DNA of 50,639 bases from Acytostelium subglobosum (Eukaryota): assembly GCF_000787575.1 (NCBI RefSeq), contig NW_012236509.1:13362-64000 (forward strand), written 5' to 3'. This document shows, piece after piece, positions 1 through 11,011 of the stretch (position 1 is the stretch's first letter; each line of letters starts with the position of its first letter). The notes beneath the pieces were generated by a model. The model ran no database searches. It was given only the letters and a program-made list of their open reading frames with translations, and was not told the origin of the DNA. The position numbers and the translations under genes were made by a program.

Positions 1-3000
1 AAGTTCGCCTGGCTTGAGTGACTCTAGACAGTGTCTACGTATGCCAATCACTGAGCGCAGACCATCCGACTTCTTCTTGGTCTTCTTTGTGATGTGCAAT
101 TCGTGCTCAAATGGTTTGAGCAGGTCGAACAGAACCTCCAGTACCTTGGAATGAGTCTTCTCCAGTGCCACCAAGGTGGATTCGACAAAGAACCTGTCAG
201 TCGACTTGAGATAGGGGATGATAAGGTTGAACAACTCTCGTGCTGAAGTTGGAGCTTGGTCTGGAAGATCGGTCATCTTCTTTTTGATGTCAATGGCAGT
301 GTTGTCCGTGATCTGAATAGTTGCGCATGCGAATATGATATAGTTTCTCCACCATATTGACAGGGCCTCGCTCTCCAATGTGACTGACTGTGTCTTGTTC
401 TCCTCTGGTTGGATCGGTCTTATTCTTTGCAGAATCAGCTCGGTGGCCTTGTTGATTGAGAGAGGCACAAGTTCAGACGCTGACCGAGCAATGTCAGAGA
501 GACATGCGCTCCAAAGAAGCTGTGACTCCCTCGTCTCTGACTCCATCACACGTTCAATGTCCTGCGCTGATTTCTGCTTCTTGTACTTGTTCTCAAAGTA
601 GTTGGTGAGGTTCTGTGCGTGTCTATATAGGTACTCATTGCCATTCTCGTCGATAATGTCTTTGATGTGTGTGAATATTTCAATCTCGTCCTCGTCCTTG
701 GTAGCCAAGAATGCCTCGTGTACAGTGCGAATGGAATCGAGTATTGAAAGACTGACACGTCGACAACGACCACTGCTGCTGCAAAGAAAGACCATGGCAA
801 CGGCTTCAACAAATGGAACGTCTGGTGCATTTGTGATCGCATCGGGCTTGAACCTCTGCAAGTCCTCGCCCTCGTCCGATGCCAATTGGAAGCCACGAGT
901 CTTGGAGGCAGCCCACAGAGTGAGAAGCTCGGCCATCTTTTCCAGTACGATACAAATGAGACTGGACATCTTATCGCTAAGACTGAGAGCAAACTTGCCA
1001 AGTCCGCCAATGATGCTTGATCTGAGATCGGGCCGTGTGGTCATTAGCTGAGTGAGCACATGCGATGACTTTTCGCAAACGCCCTTGTCCAGATGGATCA
1101 GGTACTTGGACAGCATCAGTACCAACTCTGCAACAGACAACTTGTTGGGGAAGGCAATGGGGATTGTGGTGATGGCTATCTTGAGTAGTTCCAAGCAGGA
1201 TGGGCCTGGTGGACGCATCTTTTCCAGCAATTCGTTGAGGGGCTTGGTTTGATTTGAGGTCAACAGCATGCCAAAGCTAGAATCCAATGCCACCAGGATC
1301 TGTGATAGAAAGATGCTCAACGTCTTGATATAGGGCTCAATGGGTGTTGTTGTTGCTGTTGGCTTCTTGAGGTTCAGTGTGCCATAGCGCTGTCGTCGAA
1401 CGGCCCTCACCTTGTTGGTGGAGAGCATCGGATCGGGCACGGGACTGGCGGCCGGGCTTCCACCTGGACTGTTGCTAAAGGAGCGCATCTTTGGTGTGAC
1501 TGGGTTGGCACCAGCCTGATCGATAATGAGTATGGCACGGAGTCCAATGATCATTCGTTCTGGATTGGACACGTAGCCACTGGCATCCTTTGGATCACCA
1601 CCTCTGAGGAGGTCGAATATGATCTTCTCGAATGAAAAGTCCAACCTGTTGTTGGCAATGACGCAGATGATATCGGTGAAGATGTTCAAAGAGTCACTGG
1701 CGCTTAGTGTGACCTTCTTTGAGTGTCCAGTGGGGAATATATGGCTGACAAACTGATGCAATCGCTCAGACACCTCCTCTGGTTGCTCAGAGTACTTTGT
1801 GAGATAGCACTCGAGTAGATACTGACTGGACTCTAGTGCATATGGTCTCACTTGTTTGTCCTTGATCTTGATGAAATTGTCCATCAGACCCCAGAAACTC
1901 TTGATAAAGGCCTCCTTGTCTGAGCAGCACAATAATATTGACAATAGTGGATATGATGTCTGTGTTTGTATGTATGTATGTATATATGTACGATTAGCAA
2001 ACTACATAGCAAGTTCGTTAGTTGATTTAGAACTTACCAAGACATCCTTTGATTTCTTTGTTTTCTTGGAGATAAAGTCATATAGCTCCTTGACTGTGGC
2101 TATCCATTCGGTGTATGATACATCTGGTCTGAACTTCTCCTCAGTGAGAGGACGCAAGATGCTTGCCAGGATTTCGGAGATCTCTCGTCGCAGATCACCC
2201 TTGATCTTATTGTTCTTGAACAGATCCAAGAATGATGATAAGAACTCTTGTGATTGTTTCAACTTTTGTGTTGATGATATCTGTTTGCAATGAAGATGAT
2301 GATGTGTCAGTCAGTCAGTCCGTCTAGATCAAGGATCCATTACCTCGAACAATCTGGATGTTACATACCTTGACCTTAAGGAATCGTATACCTTGTAGGA
2401 TGGAGAAGGTCTTTGAACGCAGTGTGTTTGAGCTCAGACATAGTTGTATCTCTTTGAAGAATCTGGATGAGACACTACGAAGACGATACTTGCTGAGCTG
2501 ACCGAGGATGGAGGCGCAGAGATCTGGGATGGTGGCTGAGGTCGATGATGTCACTCTGCTGCGCTCCAACTTGAAGTGATCGTAGCATATCGATTCGATT
2601 TGGTTGCCAATCGTGTCGTTCAGGTTGTCCTTTGTCAAAGAACTGAGTACCATCAGCAGTGATATACAAAAGATGTAGTCTACAATGAGTTTGTATCGTT
2701 CATCTACAATAGGTGTGATATCTTTCTTTGTATCTGATCCATCCCTGTATAGCAGTAGATGTGTGTGCATGTCAGTAGCAGTCATTCATATACAACTAAG
2801 ACATAGAGATACGTACAGCTTTGGCTTTGATATACTCTTGACTGGGATGACGTGTTGTGATGATCGCCATTGCAATAATGCACCCGCTACCAAGTTCAAA
2901 TAGAACTTGGATACATCAGTCAGGCCCTCAAGTACATTGTGAAAGGTCTTTGAATCCGATCCTTCAAAGAAGTCTTCAATCTTTATCTTTTCATCCTGTT

Positions 3001-3260
3001 GTTGTTGTTGTTGTTGATGTTGTAAGTTATGCTGTTCTCTCTCTTCTCTATCTATCTATCTATCTATCTAATACCAGTCACATGAATGACAAACATACTC
3101 TTACGAATATCTCTATCTTTACTTTGGTGTGCTCCTTGAAGTCACCTAATAAGCGAAACATGATGTGATCTGCTGGTAGAACAGCCTTTGACTCTGAGTC
3201 GCTACCAGAGGAACTACTGCTGCTCGCTCTGGCCCTGTTTGGGAGTCCGGAAGATGCCAT
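1..3260 (-). CDS. Large HEAT/ARM-like repeat protein, N-terminal part. The gene continues past the window start. It may be a Furry/MOR2-family morphogenesis protein, but that is unverified.
   Basis: The start ATG is at 3260-3258 (MASSGLPNRARASSSSSSGSDSESK...HTK). Introns show GTAAAG/GTATGT donors. A (CTAT)n microsatellite lies in intron 1. Downstream exons are at about 2857-3000 and 2324-2785 (..ILQGIRFLKVK). A long uninterrupted minus-strand reading frame runs from about 1900 to position 1, for example ..DSLNIFTDIICVIANNRLDFSFEKIIFDLLRGGDPKDASGYVSNP.. and ..ELFNLIIPYLKSTDRFFVESTLVALEKTHSKVLEVLFDLLKPFEHE... The ORF track does not list it because it has no stop inside the window. The family assignment is a guess. 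Confidence 0.6.
3047..3071. repeat. (CTAT)n tetranucleotide microsatellite inside intron 1 of the large minus-strand gene.
   Basis: Direct reading: tctatctatctatctatctatcta. Confidence 0.9.
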
Positions 3261-3359
3261 GGCAGTCTACCGTGACACTGTCTTTGGCACCAAATGAGTC
3301 CTTCTTTCACAATGAAGCTGCAGCTATTAATGCACAATATTAAGGGTTATTGATGATCT

Positions 3360-3440
3360 GAATGAATGAATGAATGAATGAATGAATGAATGATTGAATG
3401 ATTGAATGATTGAATGTATGAATGTGAATGATTGATTATA
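3360..3440. repeat. (GAAT)n/(GATT)n microsatellite in the intergenic spacer between the MVP gene 3' end and the next gene's start.
   Basis: Direct reading: gaatgaatgaatgaatgaatgaatgaatgattgaatgattgaatgattgaatg... Confidence 0.9.
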
Positions 3441-3671
3441 AAAGAATAAAGTGGTTGATGAACCGTCGCTTTCAATGTTTGTTTTGTTTAACTGGTCTGT
3501 TGCTGATGACTTTACTGTTCGATTAACCTTGATATATACTATTGACCAGTACTAGTAGTGATAAATAAATGTTGTTTTTGTGTTTGTTCAAACAAAATGA
3601 ATTCTGTGCTGTTTTTGATGATCATCTATTCAAGTTTGTTTGAAATGTACATTCTGGATTAATAGTTTTAA

Positions 3672-4800
3672 TTAAAAAATTAATTTAATCAACAGATACA
3701 AGATTATTGCTATAAATGAAAATAGATAGATTGGGGAGAATATATGGATGTTCAAATCCTCCAAATTGACGATCGCCTTGATCTTGGATAACTCCTTGAC
3801 TTGAATTGGGGGAACCCATTCAGCTGGTCCATATATATACCATCTGGTTCCAGCCTTCCTTCTGATTGACTTGATCTGGCCGGCAACAGTGACTGTGTCA
3901 TCAAACTCCTCCAGAGCTGTCACCTGAATTGCGTCCTCTGGTCCAAGCACACGAACATTCTCCAACGAAACGATCGACTCGCCTGGTTTTAGGAAGAACA
4001 GGGCTGGGCCACGAACCATCTTCTTCTTGCCCATCATATTGACGTGGGTCTCCTCATCCTGGTAGTCCTGGATGACGGCATACTCACTGCTGTTGAGTAC
4101 GGTCAATGGCACCACCCTGTCAATCTTGACCTCTGGCTGTGGAATGTAGAGGGACGTGTCCTCTTTGGTCAACAACCACTGTTGGCCCTTCTTTCTCTCG
4201 ATACCATTGTCATTGAAGTTCTTTCTTGCTTCTAGGATGATGGATATCTTCTCGTCTAGTACAGTGGCCTCAATATGCTCGACCAGCTCCTCGTATGGAT
4301 CCTGCAAGAAGGCACCCTCCTCGGTGATCAACCACTCCTCGCCTGACTTGCGTTGCTTGTCCTGACGATCTATAAAGTCGATTCTGGCTCTTAGCTTGAT
4401 TGCTTGATGTGGTCTGACAATGATGGCCTTGACCTTCTCGACCACCTGCTCCTCGACGGTTGGATGATATGTGGAAGGGCCAACGAATAGATACTCCTCT
4501 CCGGCCTTTCTTTTCTTGCCATTTGCGGCAGTGAAGTCACACAAAGCCTTTAACTTCAAGGCCTCATTGTCCAAGACGATGCTCAGGGACATGATCTTGC
4601 TATCGACCATTACCTCACCTGGGTAAAGAGGGAATGGATCGTTCTGCTCGAACCTGATCTCTCTTTGACCATGTCGAAGCCTGGCCTGTCCATGCTTATC
4701 CATCTCCTGGACACCAGTCTTTGGGTCCTTAATCACTGGATTCTCCACAATACAGTAGTGTAGTTTTGGTATGACATGCATCTAGATGGATAATGATCAT

Positions 4801-4831
<31 letters not shown>

Positions 4832-5031
4832 ATATCAGTTATTGTCCTCTGTTTATTTGTGTTTGTGAGTAGTATGTGTAATATACATACAGGCTTTGGA
4901 CCATAAGCAATCTTCTCATGTTCTTTGCACAAGAATGTTTGGGGTCCAACCTCGAGTCTAGACACATTCTTGTTGGTGTCCAGGACGTGGATGTAACTAT
5001 ATGGAGGTATCTTAATCAAGTTCATGTTCAT
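3672..5031 (-). CDS. mvp: Major vault protein (MVP) of 416 aa: N-terminal region and MVP repeats only. The C-terminal shoulder and cap-helix half appears to be missing.
   Basis: Exon 1 is 5031..4891 (MNMNLIKIPPYSYIHVLDTNKNVSRLEVGPQTFLCKEHEKIAYGPKP). This matches the vertebrate MVP N-terminus ..[28 protein letters not shown]... The intron at 4890..4782 runs GTATGT...TAG and contains a (CAA)n run. Exon 2 is 4781..3672 (MHVIPKLHYCIVENPV..). It carries repeated ..RLRHGQREIRFEQNDPFPLYPGEV.. units and ..GEEWL.. repeat units. The motifs KKMVRGPALFFLKPGE and RKAGTRWYIYGPAEWVPP are typical of MVP repeats 6-8. A stop follows ..AIVNLEDLNIHIFS. Confidence 0.8.
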
Positions 5032-5351
5032 TGGAGTGTAGGTTATTTATATAATGTTTTGTTGTTATCTGTCTATTTTGATAAATGATTGATTTTCTTA
5101 CATTGGTTTTATTACAGCCTTTTTAGGACTGATAAATCCAATGAATCGACACCCCACTCAATTCATCGAAATTACCACTATTAGTTGGGAAGAACTGCTG
5201 AATTGATTAAGAATGTAATGCGATGAATCATCGTCGATCGGTATCCAATCGATTACTGTGATTATTACTAACAAAAATAACACAATTATTTAATTAATTA
5301 AACACAATGAGGGGAGAGTCTCTGAGTCATCCATAATAATGGTAGAGGCCT

Positions 5352-6998
5352 CTACTCCTTCTTGACGGCTGGAACACTGATGTCCAACAGGTTCTGAACT
5401 GCTGTCTCAATGTTGTTCTCGCTCTGCATCCACACGCACTCAATAGTGTCCTTGGAGATCGATGGGAACATGGAAGAAAGGTTTTCAATCGTAGTCTTCT
5501 TGTTGGCCGACTTGGGTGACATGTTCACTGGGGCTGGTGTTGGCTCTCCAACACCAACATTCTTTAGTTGTTGCTGCTGCACCTGACCAGGGTAAACGGG
5601 ATGGGTTGGAACTGGTTGGGGGATGATTGGAGTCAATGGTTGGAGACCAGTATATGGTGGATAGGGGAGTGCTCCTATATGTCTGACCGGAATTGGAGAT
5701 GTGGAGAATGGTGAAGTGTTGAATGGGTTGTTTGTGTTGTTGTTGGCCTCAACTGGTTTTTGTTGCTGTACAGGTTGTGAAGGGATATAGAAGGGGGATG
5801 GGTGCACAGGTGGTCTGGCAAACGGATTGATGACATTTGGATTGTTGTTGTTTCCGTTGTTGTTGTTGTTGCTATAGGGGCATGTGTACTTGATTGGCTG
5901 TGCAGTTGTGAAGCCAAAAGTTGAGTAGGGCGATGGAGATGGGATGTAGGGAGATGGGATTTTGTTGTTGTTGTTGCAATCCTCCCTTACGGTCAAGTGG
6001 CTCTTGAAGTCACGAACGATCTCCTTGAACAGCTCAGAGTTGGCCACCTCCTTCTTTTGTTCGTCAGAGAGACTCTTGAGGTCCAACAACAAGGACTGCA
6101 CCCTCTTGCTCTCCTGGGCGCGTCTCTCCTCCTCCTCTTGTTGTCTACGCCTCTCCTCCTCTAGCATACGGAGTCTTTCCTCTTCTTCCTCTCTCTGACG
6201 TCTCTCTTCCTCCCTCTTTAGCTCCTCCTCACGTCTTTTGAGCTCCTCTTCCATTCTTCTAGTCTCCTCCTCCAAGAGTCTGGCCTCTTCTGCCCTGCGC
6301 TGTGCAGCGGCCTCTTCCTCCTCAGCTCTTCGTTTGGCCTCTACCATGCGACGCATGATCTCCTCCTCCAAACGTCTTCTGACCTCCTCCTCACGGTGTC
6401 TGGCCTCCTCTTCCTCGATCTTTCTTCTCAACTCTTCCTCCTCTAGTCTCTTCTTCAACTCCTCGGCTCTTCTCTGTCTCTCTGCCTCGAGCAAAGCAGC
6501 CTCTTGACGTCTGATCTCTGCGATGGCCTCTTCTCTCTTTAGCTTCTCTTGTCTCTCACGCTCGATCTTCTCTTCCTGCAGTCTCTGTTCCTCCTTGATC
6601 TTTTTCTCCTTCTCCTCGTTGATCAGATGGCTCTCTGTCATTAGGGAGTCTACAGTCTCGTCGACCTTGAAGTCACATTTGAACAAGGCTTCCTTGTACT
6701 TTGAGTCTGGGAAAGCATTGCCAAAGATGTCCTTCACCTCCTTGAGTGCCTTCTCCTGTTTGATTGCCTGTTCACGAGCCTTCTTCTCCTCGACCTGCTG
6801 CTGGATCAGCTTTTGTTCCTTCTCCAGAGTATCGTGGCGCTTCTGCAATGAGTCCAAGGCTGGTTCAATCTGCCAATTGCATCGGTTCAATGTTGAGTAC
6901 AAGTAATGATCCCTTGTGAGTAGAGGGAACATACTAAGAACATTTTTAATTATCTCTTCTTTGTTTCCTGGTTGTTGTTGTTGTTGATTATTATCCAT
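5352..6998 (-). CDS. Double CUE-domain protein with a central Glu/Arg-rich coiled coil and a Pro/Asn/Gln-rich low-complexity region. Single exon, 548 aa.
   Basis: The N-terminal CUE signature is ..VLSMFPLLTRDHYLYSTLNRCNWQIEPALDSLQ (an MFP...LL motif). The C-terminal CUE is ..NLSSMFPSISKDTIECVWMQSENNIETAVQNLLD. The middle is E/R/K-rich (EEERRQREEEEERLR...). The plus-strand Ser-rich ORFs at 5962-6906 are its antisense. Confidence 0.7.
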   Translation of the reverse strand: MDNNQQQQQPGNKEEIIKNVLSMFPLLTRDHYLYSTLNRCNWQIEPALDSLQKRHDTLEKEQKLIQQQVEEKKAREQAIKQEKALKEVKDIFGNAFPDSKYKEALFKCDFKVDETVDSLMTESHLINEEKEKKIKEEQRLQEEKIERERQEKLKREEAIAEIRRQEAALLEAERQRRAEELKKRLEEEELRRKIEEEEARHREEEVRRRLEEEIMRRMVEAKRRAEEEEAAAQRRAEEARLLEEETRRMEEELKRREEELKREEERRQREEEEERLRMLEEERRRQQEEEERRAQESKRVQSLLLDLKSLSDEQKKEVANSELFKEIVRDFKSHLTVREDCNNNNKIPSPYIPSPSPYSTFGFTTAQPIKYTCPYSNNNNNGNNNNPNVINPFARPPVHPSPFYIPSQPVQQQKPVEANNNTNNPFNTSPFSTSPIPVRHIGALPYPPYTGLQPLTPIIPQPVPTHPVYPGQVQQQQLKNVGVGEPTPAPVNMSPKSANKKTTIENLSSMFPSISKDTIECVWMQSENNIETAVQNLLDISVPAVKKE

Positions 6999-7239
6999 AA
7001 TATAAATATATATATATATAATGTAACAAATAATTATTATGTGTATGATGATGGATAAACAGATAATGGAGTGAGTGAGTAGAACACAAGCATTACCCTC
7101 ATCACACCAAATTAAATTATTTAATTAATTGGAAACGAATTGAAAACAATAATAAATTTGGAATTCTCACAAACTCGAGTTCCAAACAAAGAGGTGTGTC
7201 ACCAAGGTCAGGTCAACACTGAGGAATGAAGGTTGTAGT

Positions 7240-9007
7240 TTACCATATCTCATAACCAATCGTATCAAAGTAGTCACAGTAATGTGCTCTCAGTCCTGTA
7301 GTTTGAGTAGTCGGTGTTTGGAAGATCAACGTAGAGTCACCCTGAGCGCTGTACATTGTCCATGGCTGAGCTGGTGTGAAGCCAGAGCCAGTGTTCACAT
7401 TTGGATTGCTGGTCTTTGCAAAGTTTGACCAGTAGGCCATCATGTCATAGGAGAGCTGTTGCTCTGCTGGTGTGAACGTGAACTGTCCCGTGGCTGTGAC
7501 CGTGTTGAATACGTAGGGGAGCTCCATTCCGTGGCACACGGCATCAACACACATTGGGTATGCTGGTCCATAGGCATCAAACGATGATACGTGAATGAAC
7601 TGGTACTGGAACACTGGTAGTCCTGCTTGAGCAACTGCAACGGCAGCTCTACGAGTTGGACATACAAAGATATAGTCTGTTCCGATAGTGGTCATAAGTC
7701 CCTCGTAGTTTGATCCATTCCTAGGATGGATGTTAGAGAAACAAATGTTAGTGATCGCAATTGATATCGAGCATACTCGTTAATAGACAACTTACACCAA
7801 GGGTTTGTACAATTCATCAATTCCAATTGAATATCTACCAAAGATGTCGACAAGTGCAGCGTGATACTCCAAGCTGTTGATGTTTGTTGAGACAGAAGCA
7901 ATAAAGATCAGTGCCTCCTCCTGAACTGTGCCCATCAACACTGGAACCTTGTTGAAGTTACCCTTCTCAAGCATAGCCAGTGGTTGGTCTAGAATCAGCT
8001 TGCCATCAACAATTGGTGTCCATGGCAAGAAGGCAAACAGCGGATGTAGAACACTGAATGAGTTCTCACTGGTGTTTTGGGCTATGGTGATCTCATCGAC
8101 AGTCTTGGCCATCATGCAGGCATCATCAGTAACCTTGCAGCCGAGGTCTTTGGCAAACTTCTCGGCCAGTGGATACATTTGTTTGGCTGTCTTGACTGGC
8201 AGTGCCCATGGATTGGATTCGATGATCAGGTTGCTGAAGAGACCAGCGCTGGCCGGTGACGTCAAGTGAATGGATGATGAGGTGCCTCCTGCCGACTCAC
8301 CAAACACAGTGACTCTAGTAGGGTCACCACCGAATGACTTGATGTTGGCCTGAACCCATTGTAACGACATTAGCTGGTCCTCGAATCCAAAGTTGCCAGC
8401 GATCGTATCAGTGGCTAGGAAGCCCAGAACACCAAGACGATAGTTGGTTGTGACCAGTATCACGTTTGAACGATTGACAAAGCTGCCACCATCATAGAGT
8501 GGGGTGCTGGCGGCACCCATCGAGAAACGACCACCTGGGAAGAAGACCATCACTGGCAATAGCTCAGTGTTGTCAGTCACCAATGGTGTGTAGACGTTGA
8601 GGTACAGACAATCCTCAGAGGTGACACTGGGACAAGTTGCATTTGGCATCTCACAAACCTGTGGACAACCTGGTCTTTCATAGGTGGCATTGTATACGGA
8701 TGGCGACCATGGTGTAGGTGCAACTGGTGATTTCCAACGTAGTGATCCAATAGGTGGTTGAATGAATTGTACCTAGGTATGGTGGTTGAGGAGTCATGAT
8801 CAGGGAGGCATGCAAGTTAGTGATTGTCGTGTTCAAAGATTGGATTGCCGAATGAAAATAGCAACATACACCAAGGAATGCGCGATATGTATCATATTGC
8901 AGACCTTCTAGGGGACCATCAGCAATGTCCAAAGTGGTAGTGCTAATGGTGGACGATGACACTAGGCCAATAATGGCTATTATGTTGAGCAAAACAAACA
9001 ACTTCAT
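7240..9007 (-). CDS. Secreted type-B carboxylesterase (cholinesterase-like alpha/beta hydrolase) in 3 exons.
   Basis: The exons are join(9007..8870, 8772..7796, 7720..7240). A signal peptide MKLFVLLNIIAIIGLVSS is present. Family motifs are EDCLYLNVYTP and the nucleophile elbow FGESAGG. Intron 1 has a GTATGT donor and a CCTAG acceptor, and exon 2 opens ..VQFIQPPIGSLRW... Intron 2 has a GTAAGT donor and a CCTAG acceptor. The reading phases check out. Confidence 0.85.
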
Positions 9008-9186
9008 ATCTATCTCTCTCTATATCTTATCTATCTATATTTTAAAGTGATTGATCGAAAAGATTAAAAGACCATTGAGAAGGATGTCCACCTGATCAAA
9101 ATCAAGATATTTGTTGTTTTAAGTAAGGTGTCTGTTGGGCACCCCATCAGTCGCACCACATGACGTAGGTCGTTGTTTTTTTTTTG

Positions 9187-10740
9187 TTAATTACTGCCAG
9201 TGATCTGTCTGATTCTCTTTGATTGACTTCTCTGAGAGAAGTATCTCCTAAGGTAGTACTTTCCAAAGAGCCGAACTTGCCATCCGCCCTTGTAAACGAT
9301 ATGCTCCTGATGATTGATTGTCTCCAATATACTCTTAATTCTTGTTTGTCTCTGTTGGTTGAACAGTACCATCAGCTGGTCCACTGATGTTGGGGATCCA
9401 CTGATCAGCTCTGCAAGTTGGTATGCATCCTCAATTCCAATAAAGTTACTCTGTCGATGTTTGGATGATGTTGTTGTATCATCATGTTAGTACTAACATG
9501 TTTGTGTTGTTGATGACGTTGGTACTACGTTTACTACTCACCTCGAATGAACCACCAGCAAGACGATCAGCTGCTTCGCCAATCACTACGACATTGCCTG
9601 CCGATGAGATATAGGACACCAGACGATTTGACTCGGTCTTCTCCAGCTTGAGTGACTCGGGTGCCGACTCTAGGAACTCGGTGATGATGTGTGCTCCTAT
9701 ATCCTCAAAGTCAAGGAACGTCTGGAAGATCTTGTTGCGAGGAACATCGCCCACAGGACTTGACTGAAGTGGTTTCTTAAACGAACCACTGACGGCCAGA
9801 CGATCGTTGGGTAGCGGGAATGTAAGTAAACGCTTCTCTGTGGCAAACTGCTGCATCGCAATCGAGGGGAAGAGCTGAGGACGATTGATCACTGTTCGGA
9901 AATGGTACAGTTGCTCGGGATATTGTTCGGCGATATTGTTTGGTGTAGCGTCTCGCAGCATGTAGCTGCGAACGGGTGACACCGACTGTATGTCGTTAGA
10001 GTTGGAGTGTGGATCGCAGCCCACCACAAGATCGTATGCTGCCTTGCTGGTCTCTGAGTAGGAGACGAATATCTTGTTGTTGGTCGTAGACACTTGTTGG
10101 TTCTTTGGCTGTTGAAGAGTGAGCTTGGTCTCGCCCCTGCGAAGCTTGACAATGCCTTCACCAGATTGAGGTGTGGACAAGCACTCTTGAAGCAACGTCT
10201 CAACGTAGGTGGACTCTGTCAGTGCAAAGGGAAGTGTTGGGAGACACTTCTCAAACTGACATTGACCATATACGTCGCCATCACGTGACGCTACCACTGA
10301 GCTAGAGATATCTTTGCTCTTTCGATATATGGACTCAAAGACACCGTTCTGCTTTAGTGCTCTGATCTCATTGCCTCCAATGATCATTCCACGATCGCTT
10401 CTAGTCGATGGTGATCCTGTATCTACAAGCTCAGAAGAGATACCTCTTCGTTTCAAGAAGAGTGCTGAATGGATTATTGATTGATTGATGACAAAGTACT
10501 GTCCAGTTAGTAAGGAATGGTTGACCACTTGCCAAGTAGATACCGCGCGATCATACCAAGAGAAACACCAGTGGCATCGGTACCATGAATCAGAATCTTC
10601 TTGTCTCTGTTGTGACTGGGAAGATGGGCAGATACACCTGATGTAGTGTATAGCCTACTATTGCCACAGCTATTCAACAAGGCAACTGTTGATAACAATG
10701 GCCTGCTGTTGCTTACTCGTGTAAAGGTCATCATCATCAT
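9187..10740 (-). CDS. FAD-dependent aromatic-ring monooxygenase-like flavoprotein hydroxylase, at least 3 exons.
   Basis: Exon 1 is about 10740..10529 (MMMMTFTRVSNSRPLL..KKILIHGTDATGVSLGMIARYLL), a Rossmann-like N-terminus. Exon 2 is about 10490..9546 and carries ..GMIIGGNEIRALKQNGVFESI.. (the GxxIxLxxNGxRxL motif) and ..VVVIGEAADRLAGGSFE (GDAAH-like). The intron at 9545..9452 has a GTGAGT donor, a TACTAAC branch point and a CAG acceptor. Exon 3 is 9451..9187 and begins SNFIGIEDAYQLAELI, which matches the GxGxNxxIEDA motif of this family. The exon 1/2 junction is uncertain and may use a GC-AG intron. Confidence 0.6.
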
Positions 10741-11011
10741 CTTCTACCTGCTCTTCTATCTATTTGTTCAACTTTCGTCGACTCAAAGTGCATCATTCAA
10801 TCTGATCACGTTTCGTTTATTCATTCAATAACAACACATTTATGGGATCTTCTTTCCGAATGTATTGTTGATTGGTCTTGTTGGACAGTATCCAACATTG
10901 TGCATTATCTACAGGGCTTGAGTTGTAGCCCCTGCTGCTACTGCTGCTGCATCAGGAGGTTTCATTATTGGTGGAAACTACAAGAGTCTGATTAGTATAC
11001 TTGAAAATGGA

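Noticed and set aside
546-1252. Overlapping short ORFs on both strands (154, 149 and 66 aa) in the first 1.3 kb.
   Set aside because: They lie inside one long minus-strand exon that runs uninterrupted from about 1900 to beyond position 1 in a different frame. That exon is not listed because it has no in-window stop. These short ORFs are frame artefacts.
3672-3760. A possible hidden splice donor at the end of MVP exon 2 that would rescue a full-length MVP.
   Set aside because: Only weak donor-like GTs (GTATCT, GTACAT) occur. The downstream 400 nt up to the next gene's ATG at 3260 has no MVP-like coding potential. Truncation is kept as the working model, and the question is flagged as a finding.
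5962-6906. Plus-strand Ser/Leu-rich ORFs of 78, 89 and 127 aa.
   Set aside because: They are antisense to the Glu/Arg/Lys-rich coding sequence of the CUE gene. GAG/GAA/AGA codons read backwards give Ser/Leu/Phe runs. There are no motifs and the protein is compositionally implausible.
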